A stretch of DNA of 42,835 nucleotides, counting the filler, from an uncultured virus (IMG/VR IMGVR_UViG_2061766007_001633) (Duplodnaviria > Heunggongvirae > Uroviricota > Caudoviricetes). It is 5 parts of one record of this genome, joined end to end, with 100 filler letters (N's around TTAATTAATTAA, not from the genome) between each part and the next. Parts side by side here need not be neighbours in the genome. Positions count along the whole stretch, not along the records: positions 14,898 to 23,710 come from IMGVR_UViG_2061766007_001633; positions 23,811 to 41,535 come from IMGVR_UViG_2061766007_001633; 3 more parts are not named here. The stretch is one strand, 5' to 3'. The position numbers and the translations under genes are program-made. Below, one piece after another: positions 19,513 through 29,026 of this stretch. Each line of letters starts with the position of its first letter. Position 1 is the stretch's first letter. The notes under the pieces were generated by a model. The model was not told the origin of the DNA. It did not search any database and saw nothing but the letters and a program-made list of their open reading frames with translations.

Positions 19513-21585
19513 TTAGTTGTCCTCCTTGAAATCATCAATAATGGTTGTCATTGCCGGTCTCTTATCGCTGTCCGGCACCAGCGTGGGNNNNNNNNNNAAT
19601 AACCTTCATGGGGTTTGCGAGTTTAGTAGAATTTGACATATTAGTTGTCCTCCTTGAAATCATCGATAATGGTTGTCATTGCCGGTCTCTTATCGCTGTC
19701 CGGCACCAGCGTGGGTTTGCCTTGAGGCTTGGTGATCAGGCCTCCAAGGATATCGTTGAACTGTTTCTTTCCAAGAAGCGAGGTCATGGCGGTGACGCCG
19801 AGAATCTTGTGTTCGTAGGGATCGTACCCGGCAGCGGTCACGGCTGCGATGACGGCATTCTCGTCTGTGTACTTGCGGTTGGAGCGGCCCTCGACCAGCT
19901 TGTAGCCGGACCANNNNNNNNNNGAGAAGCGAGGTCATGGCGGTGACGCCGAGAATCTTGTGTTCGTAGGGGTCGTACCCGGCAGCGGTCACGGCAGCGA
20001 TGACGGCATTCTCGTCTGTGTACTTACGGTTGGAGCGGCCCTCGACCAGCTTGTAGCCGGACCACTGTTTGCCGCTGATAGCTGCCTGAAGCGCATAGTC
20101 CTTGATGTCAGAGGCCCAAGCGATCAGCTCGTCAATGCGACCGAGGATTTCTTCGACTTCTTCGTCCGTCAACAGAGGTGGCTGCCTGAACTCGAACTTG
20201 GCAAGCTCCATGTTGGCGTTAGCTCTTTCACGGCAGTCGGCCTTGGCCTTGCAGAACTGGCACCATTCACCGCAGTGGTATTCGCCGTCTCCGTTGAAGG
20301 CAAGTTCTGCAGTCGGGGCCAGAACCTGATCGGCCCACTCGTAGAGTTCCTCCTTCGGAATNNNNNNNNNNGAAGGCAAGCTCTGCGGTCGGGGCCAGAA
20401 CCTGATCGGCCCACTTGTAGAGTTCTTCCTTCGGAATAGTGAAGGTGCTGACGTTGGAGCGTCGGGGCTGGTAGATGGTCATGCTGACNNNNNNNNNNGC
20501 CGTCTCCGTTGAAGGCAAGCTCTGCAGTCGGGGCCAGAACCTGATCGGCCCACTCGTAGAGTTCGTCCTTCGGAATGGTGAAGGTGCTGACGTTGGAGCG
20601 TCGGGGCTGGTAGATGGTCATGCTGACTGTGTCGATGTCGTAGATGCAGTCGAACAGCTCCAGCGCACCGAGGGCGTACAGCTTCATCTGCGGGTTGTCG
20701 TCGGCTTCGACCAGAACGCCTCTGCCGTGCTTGTAGTCCACGATGTGGAGCGTCCCGTCTGCAATGATGACGCAGTCGCCGGTGCCGAAGCCCTCCTCGA
20801 CGTACTTGGAGTAGTCGAGCCGCTGTTCGATCAGGACCACGGGGTCCGGGCAGGTCTTCTTGGCCTCCTCGACCAGCTCCATTACGAAGGACACATACCC
20901 GTTGGCACATTCTTCCATTTCGGAGTTGTACCAAGTGAGGTCTTCGGTCGGGTCATTTGCCTCCATGCCGAGTGCCTTCCGGAGCTTGTACTCACAGAGG
21001 GCGTGGGCGTCGGTACCNNNNNNNNNNACTTCATCTGCGGGTTGTCGTCAGCCTCGACCAGAACGCCTCTGCCGTGCTTGTAGTCCACGATGTGGAGCGT
21101 CCCGTCTGCGATGATGACGCAGTCACCGGTGCCGAAGCCCTCCTCGACGTACTTGGAGTAGTCGAGCCGCTGCTCGATCAGAACCACGGGGTCCGGACAG
21201 GTTTTCTTGGCCTCCTCGACCAGCTCCATCACGAAGCCCACATACCCGTTGGCGCATTCCTCCATTTCGGAGTTGTACCAAGTAAGGTCTTCGGTCGGGT
21301 CCTTGGCCTCCATACCGAGTGCCGTCCGGAGCTTGAACTCACAGAGAGCGTGGGCGTCAGTGCCTTCGGCTGCGAAATCGCTGCCCTTGTCGTCGTANNN
21401 NNNNNNNTCTTGGCCTCCATACCGAGTGCCGTCCGGAGCTTGAACTCACAGAGGGCGTGGGCGTCAGTGCCTTCGGCTGCGAAATCGCTGCCCTTGTCGT
21501 CGTAGCCTTCACAGAGTCTTGCAGAGGGTGGGCAGTTGAGCCACCTGTGCGAAGACGATGCGGAGAGAAGTGCGTGATTAGCCAT
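19513..21585 (-). CDS. DUF2800 family PD-(D/E)xK (Cas4-like) nuclease, present as several overlapping variant fragments
   Basis: MANHALLSASSSHRWLNCPPS, EGTDAH, IEQRLD, GTGDCVII, IVDYKHG, NPQMKLYALG, GEWCQFCKAKADC. Confidence 0.9.
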
Positions 21586-21947
21586 TGCCGAGCACCTCCG
21601 CATCCGTTACCAGAGCCTTGTAGCTGGCCGGGTCTACCTCGGAGAGCTTTTTGGCACCGTACTTCAGGAGAAGGTCACGGATCTGAGCGGTGAAGCCAGC
21701 ACGGGATTTTTCTGCCAGAATCGCTCTGACCTCTTCGAGGGTGAGGGCCTTTTCCGGTTCCGGAGCAGGGGCCGCTTCCTCGGTGCCGCTGAATGCGCCG
21801 GTCAGCCAGTTGGCGATGTCGTTAATAGAAGATNNNNNNNNNNCTGCCGCTGAATGCGCCGGTCAGCCAGTTGGCGATGTCGTTAATAGAAGATGCAATA
21901 CCCCGCAACTCCCTGATGGTCGCTTCCATTTCGCTCATTCTGCTCAT
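21578..21947 (-). CDS. Small conserved phage protein (MSRMSEMEATIREL...LTLEEVRAILAEKSRAG...LLKYGAKKLSEVDP), not in ORF track
   Basis: GGAGG RBS; stop overlaps the DUF2800 start; typical gene preceding DUF2800 in this phage group. Confidence 0.75.
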
Positions 21948-22092
21948 CACGTTTTCCTCCTTCCTGAGATTGGCTTGTCTGGTTCAGCTGGATCAGCTTT
22001 CTCGCCAGACGTCTTGACACTACGCTGATTGCCGTAAGCACTCCGATGAGCTCTTCATCGGTGACGGCCTTGTTGGGTCTGGACTCACTCAT
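21883..22092 (-). CDS. Small hypothetical protein (MSESRPNKAVTDEELIGVLTAISVVSRRLARKL)
   Basis: AAAGGAGG RBS; first gene downstream of the conserved motif at 22135-22150. Confidence 0.7.
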   Translation of the reverse strand: MSESRPNKAVTDEELIGVLTAISVVSRRLARKLIQLNQTSQSQEGGKRDEQNERNGSDHQGVAGYCIFY

Positions 22093-22134
22093 TGGCGGTT
22101 CCTCCTTTCTGAGGACCTGTGTTGTTTTGCTGTC

Positions 22135-22150
22135 CTCAGTACCCACTGGA
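22135..22150 (-). promoter_or_regulatory. Downstream half (TCCAGTGGGTACTGAG) of the bipartite promoter-like motif
   Basis: 16/16 match to 7433-7448. Confidence 0.6.
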
Positions 22151-22166
22151 GGGAAANNNNNNNNNN

Positions 22167-22641
22167 CGATATCCTGAAGCTCAGCCTGAATCTTCGACCA
22201 ATGACGCTTGAAGGTGGAACGGGTCATGCCCATGATGTCGGCAGCTTCACGTTCCGAGTGGTACATAAGCAATTCGCAGATGCGCTTTCCCTCCGGGTCA
22301 AGACGGTTAAGCTCGTCGTATAGAGCATCGAGCAGTTCCTTGTCCACAAGAATGGATTCCGCAGACGGTGTGTCGTCGGTCAGCGTATCGCCAAGGGTAA
22401 GCTCGTCATCTTCACCGCCGATAGGAGTGTCTATGGACACCTTCTTACCGGCAGTGTAGAACGGGCAGCCGGGGCAAACACCGTCGCACTTCCAAAGTTG
22501 AGCCTTGGTGCAACGACACTCGCCGTTCTTCTGTGCATGGTAGCGAGCATTCCAAACAGGTTGATAGTAAGCCCTGTAAACTTCCTCGCTGACCTCGATG
22601 GGGTTCCCGTTGACCGGGATAAAGAAACGATTGTTTGACAT
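22167..22641 (-). CDS. Sigma-70 region 4-like phage regulator, variant A (3'-truncated)
   Basis: IEVSEEVYRAY N-terminus, CRC...CDGVCPGC Cys cluster, C-terminal HTH SEREAADIMGMTRSTF. Confidence 0.8.
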
Positions 22642-22675
22642 TTAGATTTCCTCCGTAGGTTNNNNNNNNNNCGGT

Positions 22676-22687
22676 GTTTTGAACGAA
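22676..22687 (-). promoter_or_regulatory. Upstream half (TTCGTTCAAAAC) of the bipartite promoter-like motif
   Basis: 12/12 match to 7410-7421; directly downstream of the terminator of the sigma-like gene. Confidence 0.55.
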
Positions 22688-22695
22688 AAAATCTG

Positions 22696-22735
22696 AAAAA
22701 ATTTTGACCGCCGCAGAATTGCTTCCACGGCGGCC
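22696..22735 (-). terminator. Terminator-like hairpin after the sigma-like gene
   Basis: Minus-strand GGCCGCCGUGGAA-GCAA-UUCUGCGGCGGUC stem with G-U pairs and a GNRA loop, followed by AAAAUUUUUU. Confidence 0.7.
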
Positions 22736-22746
22736 TTTGTTGGGTA

Positions 22747-23247
22747 TTAGATGAAGTCCTTCAGGGCTTCACGCAGGATGGAGAACACCTTGTTCTTCTG
22801 GTAGTTGATGGTCGACTGGCGTTTGCCCATGTCGGCAGCGATTTCACGCTCCGTCTTGCCCTGCATGATGAGCTCGCAGATGCGTCTGCCGTCCGGGTCA
22901 AGGCGGTTAAGCTCGTCGTACAGAGCGTCGAGCAGTTCCTTGTCCATAAGGATGGATTCCGCAGACGGTGCGTCGTCGGCCAGCGTGTCGCCAAGGGTAA
23001 GCTCGTCTTCCTCGCCGCCAATAGGCGTATCGATGGAAACCTTCTTACCGGCAGCATAGAACGGGCAGCCGGGGCAAACACCGTCGCATTTCCAAAGCTG
23101 AGCCTTGGTGCAGCGGCACTCGCCGTTCTTCTGGGCGTGGTAGCGGGTGTTCCAGATGGGTTGGTAGTATGCCCTGTAAACTTCCTCGCTGACCTCGATA
23201 GGGGTCCCGTCGACCGGGATAAAGTACTTCTTGTCGTTGTTTTGCAT
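22747..23247 (-). CDS. Sigma-70 region 4-like phage regulator, variant B (complete, 166 aa)
   Basis: Same N-terminus and Cys cluster as variant A; HTH GKTEREIAADMGKRQSTINYQKNKVFSILR. Confidence 0.85.
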   Translation of the reverse strand: MQNNDKKYFIPVDGTPIEVSEEVYRAYYQPIWNTRYHAQKNGECRCTKAQLWKCDGVCPGCPFYAAGKKVSIDTPIGGEEDELTLGDTLADDAPSAESILMDKELLDALYDELNRLDPDGRRICELIMQGKTEREIAADMGKRQSTINYQKNKVFSILREALKDFI

Positions 23248-23455
23248 GAAAATTTCCTCCGTTCGATTTGCTTGGAACGGAGGAAACCTTCATGGTCAGC
23301 TGCAAATGGGTATAGAAATCCAACCACAGTCCCGACGGAGATTTCTCCGTTCCGGTCTGCAGCTTCCCGCTCAAAAGGCAGCTGATGATATTTACTTGTG
23401 CCGTCAAGCACCGTTGAGCCACCGGTGATCAGTCGGTGCGGTACTTGGCGGGGCC
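23248..23455 (-). ncRNA. Structured 5' leader (cis-regulatory RNA candidate) of the sigma-like gene
   Basis: 12-bp perfect inverted repeat covering the RBS (23253-23264/23275-23286); further stems at 23296-23303/23378-23385, 23335-23350 and 23401-23451. Confidence 0.55.
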
Positions 23456-23523
23456 TCGGAAATGGTCGCTTGTCGTTTTAAGTGGATTTATGCTTGTTTA
23501 CATCTTGTTAATCACTTGTGGGA

Positions 23524-23552
23524 TTGATTTTTCCACACTTTCGTGATATAAT
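23524..23552 (+). promoter_or_regulatory. Sigma-A promoter, divergent from the sigma-like/replication operon
   Basis: TTGATT-17 bp-TATAAT with extended -10 TG at 23544-23545. Confidence 0.75.
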
Positions 23553-23605
23553 GAATAAATAGAACCACTCTCGTCGGCCACGGGGCCAGTTTCCCNNNNN
23601 NNNNN

Positions 23606-23657
23606 CAGCGGTGTTTTCAATGTTCACAATCCAGTTTTCACGTTCACGCTTTGTCAC
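23606..23657 (-). CDS. 5' end of a small hypothetical gene (MTKRERENWIVNIENTA...)
   Basis: AAGGAGG RBS then GTG; runs into a gap. Confidence 0.45.
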
Positions 23658-23754
23658 TGCTTGTCCCTCCTTGTCAGGTTCAGCTTCCTAATCCGGATAG
23701 TAGGCTGTTGNNNNNNNNNNNNNNNNNNNNNNNNNNNNNNNNNNNNNNNNNNNN

Positions 23755-23766
23755 TTAATTAATTAA
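23755..23766. other. Artificial scaffold-joining linker TTAATTAATTAA
   Basis: Six-frame stop palindrome between N runs. Confidence 0.95.
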
Positions 23767-23810
23767 NNNNNNNNNNNNNNNNNNNNNNNNNNNNNNNNNN
23801 NNNNNNNNNN

Positions 23811-26588
23811 AAAGGCCGCAGCCACCACTTATGGCAGTCTTCCCGGAAAGGACCTGCTTGACCGTGTGATCGTCAGCAGCAGTGATACGCCTTTTGCAAA
23901 GTTTATGAAGGCNNNNNNNNNNAAAGAAAACGGCAGCAAAAGAATCAGCATTGGTGCAGTTTCAGGAAACCTGCTTCACTAAGACGGCGGAGATCCGCAG
24001 ACGCTTTGATAAGTGCATGGACGGCAAGAAGCAAAAGAAGAATTTCTCGGAAGCCGTTCTCGCAGAGAAGAAACCGGCAGATCATGACCTTGCCGAGTTG
24101 GAGCGTCTTTACGACGTAGCGTTTGATGATACAGCAAGAACTTTCCCGGAGTTCAAGAAGGCCGCAGCGACCACTTATGGCAGCCTTCCCGGAAAGGACC
24201 TGCTTGATCGTGTGATCGTCAGCAGCAGTGATACGCCTTTTGCAAAGTTTATGAAGGCCCTCGGAGATACCGCATCCGATTGGGTCCGTGATGGTCATAC
24301 GCATTATGCTGGTGCAGCAGGTGGCAAATGTCCGTACTGCCAACAGAAACTCCCGGCAAATTTTGAGGCCGATATTGCCGCAACATTTGATGCGCAGTAT
24401 CAGCAGGATGTTCGTGACCTTGGGCAGTTCCAAGCCACATATGCCAGAGAGACCGCAGAAATTGTTCGTGTTCTTCGGGCAAATCTGGACGATGTGATGA
24501 CATCCATTGACCTCCACGTGTATCAGGAAAAGCTCGCTCTACTGGAGAGCAATTTTGAGATCAATCGTCAGCGTATTGCTGAGAAGGTAAAGGAACCTTC
24601 CAAAACGATCTCTCTGGAGGACACGGATACACTCCTTCTGGATATCGGTGCCTTGATCGATGACATAAACAAACTCATCAAAGCAAACAACGATGTGGTT
24701 ACGGCAAAGCGTACCAGCAAGGCGAAGTGTAAGACGGAAATCATGCAGTATCTTGCCTTCATGCTTGCTGCTGAAGTAAAGAGCTATCTGGATGAGGATG
24801 CTCAGCTTGATAAGGACATAGCTGAAATCACTGAGCGGGGCAAGAAGCTCAAGAAAGAGATCGGTGAACTGACCACAGAGATTTCGTCTCTTAACAAGCA
24901 CAATGCCAATACCGAGGCCGCCATCGACAGTATCAACAAAATCCTGCAGGACTCCGGTTTCCAAGGCTTCAGTATTCGTGCCAAGGCCGGTGTTGAGAAT
25001 GTGTATGAGGTTATTCGTGAGGACGGGTCCGTTGCTGAAAATCTCAGCGAGGGTGAGCGGAATTTCATCGCCTTCCTGTACTTCTACCATCAGGTNNNNN
25101 NNNNNTGAGGCTGATATTGCATCGTGTTTTGACGCACAGTACCAACAGGACATCCGCGACCTCGGTCAGTTCAAGTCTACATACGAAGCTGAAACAGCAG
25201 AGATCGTCCGCGAACTCAAAGCGAATATGTCAGATGTGCTTGAAACCGTTGACCTGAAAACATATCAGGAAAAGATCAAGTTGCTGGAGAGTAGCTTTGA
25301 AATCAACCGTCAGCGCATTGCTGACAAGTGCAAAGACCCGGCCACGACCGTTTCGCTTGAAGATACCGACACTCTGCTTTTGGAGATTGGTGGAATTATC
25401 GACGAAATCAATAAGGCAATCAAGGCAAACAACGATGTGGTCAATGAAAAGAAAACCAGCAAGGCAAAATGCAAAGTGGCGATTATGCAGCACTTCGCTT
25501 ATATCCTCGCTGATGAAGTAAAAAAGTACCATGATGAAGTTGAGCGTCTTAATAAGGAGCTTAAGGAACTGACTGATCGCGGCACCCAACTTCGGAAAGA
25601 GATTTCTGATCTCACAAAGGAAATCTCCGAGCTGAACAAGCATAACGCCAATACGGAAGCTGCCATCGACAGCATAAATAAGATTCTGCGCGAGTCCGGG
25701 TTCCAAGGCTTCAGCATTCGAGCCAAAGCTGGTGAAGAGAATGTTTACGAGATCATTCGTGAGGATGGTTCCGTTGCAGATAACCTGAGCGAGGGTGAGC
25801 GGAACTTCATCGCATTCCTTTACTTCTATCATCTGGTGCGCGGCAGCAAGAACAGCGAAGAACTCAAAGAAAAGATTGTTGTTATCGATGACCCGGTATC
25901 CAGTATGGATAGCACGGCACTGTTCCTCGTCAGCGCAATCGTCCGTGAGATGGTGAATGTCTGTCGGAACAACACCGAGTACTTGAATCCGAAGGTTCCC
26001 GGTGACTATATCAAGCAGCTGTTCGTGCTGACGCATAATGTATACTTCCACCGTGAAGTCACTTACCAGCAGGTCGGGTATTATAACTGCACGTCGTTCT
26101 ATATGATTCGGAAGAACGACAACATTTCCACCATCAAACTCTGCAAGCGTCAGAGCAAGGATGTTCCGACCGAAGAAGAAAACTACAATCCGGTTCAGAA
26201 CTCCTATGCTGCTCTGTGGGACGAGCTCCGTGACATCCAGTCAACGATTCCGGCCCTGAACGTGATGAGGCGTATCCTCGAATATTACTTCCTGCAGCTT
26301 TGCGGTTACGAAGGAAGCGACCTCCGGGAAATCGTTCTGGAAAAACCGGAGAACCGCAGCAAGTTCATCAAGCAGGTCGAAGGCGAGAAGCCGGATATGA
26401 CCGATTACCAGCTGGCTTCTTCTTTGCTGGCGTATATCAACAATCCTAACGGCATCAGCGACGGTCTGAACTATGTTGAGGACTGCGAGGATGTCGAAGC
26501 ATATAAGCGGGTATTCCAGATGATCTTTGAGGCCCTCGGGCAGAGTCAGCATTATAAAATGATGACAGGGAAACGACTCAAAGCCTGA
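23811..26588 (+). CDS. rloC: RloC-like AAA_13 ABC-ATPase with zinc hook and C-terminal HEPN-like domain (5'-truncated; overlapping variants)
   Basis: Zinc hook GKCPYCQQ in a coiled coil; ABC signature LSEGE; Walker B/D-loop IVVIDDPVSSMD; H-loop LTHN; NVMRRILEYYF; terminal HYKMM. Confidence 0.78.
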
Positions 26589-26649
26589 TATTCGACGGTC
26601 GTATAGATTAATACACAGAAATAAAAACTGTTGGGAGAAAAGTCAAAAT

Positions 26650-26711
26650 ATGAGCGGACAAGTAAAATCCAGAGAGCGTGTGGCCGAGCACGGCGAGGTA
26701 TTCACAGCCGA
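26650..26711 (+). CDS. 5' end of a DNA methyltransferase of a non-HsdM type (MSGQVKSRERVAEHGEVFTA)
   Basis: KSxxRVxxHGEVFT is the motif X region at the N-terminus of type II/IIG-like N6-methyltransferases; truncated by a gap. Confidence 0.6.
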
Positions 26712-26721
26712 NNNNNNNNNN

Positions 26722-27851
26722 CTGTTCCTGCGCTTTGCATATGACAAGTTCAATGCACAGCGTGACAAGCTGCTGGCCGATGAGGAAACGGCAGACTTTA
26801 TTGATAATCCTCGCTTTTATTCTAAGGACAACGTGTTCTTCTTGGAAGAGAATGACCGCTGGAATTACATCAAGGACAATTCCAAGTCAAACAAAATATT
26901 CACCTACATTGACGATGCCTTCCGTAACATGGAGAAGAATAATCCCACGCTGAAGGGAGCTCTTCCCATTGGTTTCTACATCACGCTTCATATCGAGCCG
27001 TCAAAGTTTTCTTCGCTGATTGATGAGATCGACCGCATTCAGTATTCTCGCAACGAATCTGACGATGTTATTGGTAGGGTTTATGAATATTTCCTGCGAA
27101 AATTCTGTATCGCAGCAAAATCCGAGAAGGGTGAATTCTATACGCCGGGTAGTATCGTTGAACTGATGACATTGTTGATCCAGCCTTACTCCGGGTCGGT
27201 GTACGATCCCTGTTGCGGTTCTGGCNNNNNNNNNNGAAGAATAATCCCACGCTGAAGGGTGCTCTTCCCATTGGTTTTTACATCACGCTTCATATTGAGC
27301 CGTCAAAGTTTTCTTCACTGATTGATGAGATCGACCGCATTCAGTATTCACAAGAAGAGTCTGACGATGTGATCGGTCGTGTTTATGAATACTTTCTCAG
27401 AAAGTTCTGCATTGCCGCAAAATCCGAAAAAGGAGAGTTTTACACTCCGGGCAATATCGTCGAACTGATGACCCTGCTGATCCAGCCTTACTCCGGGTCG
27501 GTGTACGATCCCTGTTGCGGTTCTGGTGGGATGTTTGTACAGAGTGCAGAGTTCATCAAGCGGCATAAAGGCAATAANNNNNNNNNNCGAGCTTAGGAAT
27601 GATCGCCGTTGGGACGGATACGAGGTGCCGCCTGTAAGTAATGCGAACTACGCATGGATTCTTCACATGCTGGCCCGTCTGTCCTACAACGGCACTGCTG
27701 CTTTCCTTCTTGCCAACGGTGCTCTTGGTGCGGATTCTGAAGAATACAAGATCCGGAAGCAGCTTATTGAAAACCATAAGGTTGAGGCCATCATCGTGCT
27801 ACCGAGGGAAATGTTCTATGCAACGGATATTTCCGTAACCCTCTGGATTGT
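26722..27851 (+). CDS. hsdM: Type I R-M methyltransferase subunit, second paralog or allele (fragments of two variants)
   Basis: LFLRFAYDKF, IGRVYEYFL, GEFYTP, YDPCCGSGGMFVQS, PPVSNANYAWILHML, LLANGAL; motif IV lies in a gap. Confidence 0.85.
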
Positions 27852-27905
27852 NNNNNNNNNNTCTTTGGTTCTTTTGGTGGTTCTTTTCGGAAAGGAGTGA
27901 AATCG

Positions 27906-28736
27906 GTGCTGTTTTCGGAGTTTTGCAACATAGTCAAAGCCGAATACTTCGGGTACGCATCGCAGGGTCAGTACATGCAGGGCCTTGTGAAAGCGGCTAA
28001 GATTCTCCGGGATTATTCGGACGATCACCTGAAGTCGATCTACAACGGAAACAAACCGTTTGCATCCAATTTCAAAAAGCAGCTTCCGAAGCCCGTGGAT
28101 CTTGGTCCTCTGACGACCTTCTTTCAAACACATTTGAAGGACGAACATGTTGGGCCTTTGATCGATGCGATAGGAGTTCCATCAAGCATCGAGCGAAAGA
28201 AGGAATATGTCTCAGCAGCACTTGCCGAGCAGATTAAGGCTTTTATCGAGTCCAAGGACGAGGATGCTCCGATGGTGCTGGTTGATGCCTATAACCGACA
28301 ACGAATCACGGGAATCCAGTCTGGCTATCAGATTCCGCAGGTTCTTTACGCAGGAGACAATGTGTGGGTCGAGCCCGGAGGCAATAGGCACGACGTAGGC
28401 TGCTACGAAACCATTCATCATGAGTGGGTGATCCACAACTACGGAAAGGCGATCTGGACAGGCCGAAGTTTAGTGCTGGCAAATCAGGCAGAAATTAGGC
28501 CAAAGTTCTCTCTGACAAAGCTCGACATCCCTGATGTGATGCCGGGTGGAATAACAAAAATAGCCGTCGACATTTCTGCCAACGGCTTTGAGGGAAGTTT
28601 TAATTGTAAGTGGGAAATGCAGGACTCGGACGGAAAGAACTGCTTCCCGAACAGTAGATATGTTTTTGATGTTGTAGTAAACGTGTCATTCGATTATGAC
28701 CGATTCAAGAGTATAGGAGGACGAGATCGTGGCTGA
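27906..28736 (+). CDS. Protein with an N-terminal helical domain and a C-terminal NBR1-Ig-like (FW) domain
   Basis: AAGGAG RBS then GTG 27906; HEWVIHNYGKAIW...IPDVMPGG...AVDISA...EGSFNCKWEMQDSDG pattern of the FW domain. Confidence 0.7.
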   Translation: MLFSEFCNIVKAEYFGYASQGQYMQGLVKAAKILRDYSDDHLKSIYNGNKPFASNFKKQLPKPVDLGPLTTFFQTHLKDEHVGPLIDAIGVPSSIERKKEYVSAALAEQIKAFIESKDEDAPMVLVDAYNRQRITGIQSGYQIPQVLYAGDNVWVEPGGNRHDVGCYETIHHEWVIHNYGKAIWTGRSLVLANQAEIRPKFSLTKLDIPDVMPGGITKIAVDISANGFEGSFNCKWEMQDSDGKNCFPNSRYVFDVVVNVSFDYDRFKSIGGRDRG

Positions 28737-28941
28737 AAACAATGTCGAAAAATGGTCCACGCTGAAAGAGGTTCAAGAGCATCTTGGCGTTGGTCGGGAA
28801 ACGATCCTGCACTGGATTTCATTGCGGGGCATGCCAGCTTATAAGGTAGGCCGCCTTTGGAAATTCAAACTCTCCGAAGTGGACGATTGGGTCCGCTCTG
28901 GTGGTGCTGCAGAAACAGTCGAAGACAAAAAGGAAGATTGA
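28729..28941 (+). CDS. Excisionase-like HTH (HTH_17) DNA-binding protein
   Basis: KWSTLKEVQEHLGVGRETILHWI...MPAYKVGRLWKFKLSEVDDWV; GGAGG RBS; overlaps the upstream stop. Confidence 0.9.
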   Translation: MAENNVEKWSTLKEVQEHLGVGRETILHWISLRGMPAYKVGRLWKFKLSEVDDWVRSGGAAETVEDKKED

Positions 28942-29026
28942 GTCCGTTTTATGGGACCGCAAACTTTGTAAAATGATGCTGGGACAGTGTCCCGACAAGA
29001 CAAATACAGGAATGAGGTAAATATTT

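Larger units (their letters stand above)
1..23710. mobile_element. Temperate prophage fragments (Bacillota siphovirus-like; PolA/DUF2800/DUF2815 replication module, tandem serine recombinases) spread over three scaffolds and several variants
   Basis: Capsid, head-tail connector, tail-like genes, holins, amidase, serine recombinases, PolA, DUF2815 and DUF2800 in the gene order typical of this prophage group; AGGAGG-type RBSs throughout; no att sites visible. Confidence 0.9.

Noticed and set aside
19513..21585. Cas4-like nuclease suggesting CRISPR-Cas; repeated fragments suggesting an array
   Set aside because: It is the phage DUF2800 gene in its usual DUF2815/PolA context; the repeats are overlapping variant contigs; no repeat-spacer array or other cas genes
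21883..22641. 252-aa sigma-factor fusion ORF
   Set aside because: Read-through of a gap joins the sigma-like variant A to a separate gene that has its own RBS before 22092
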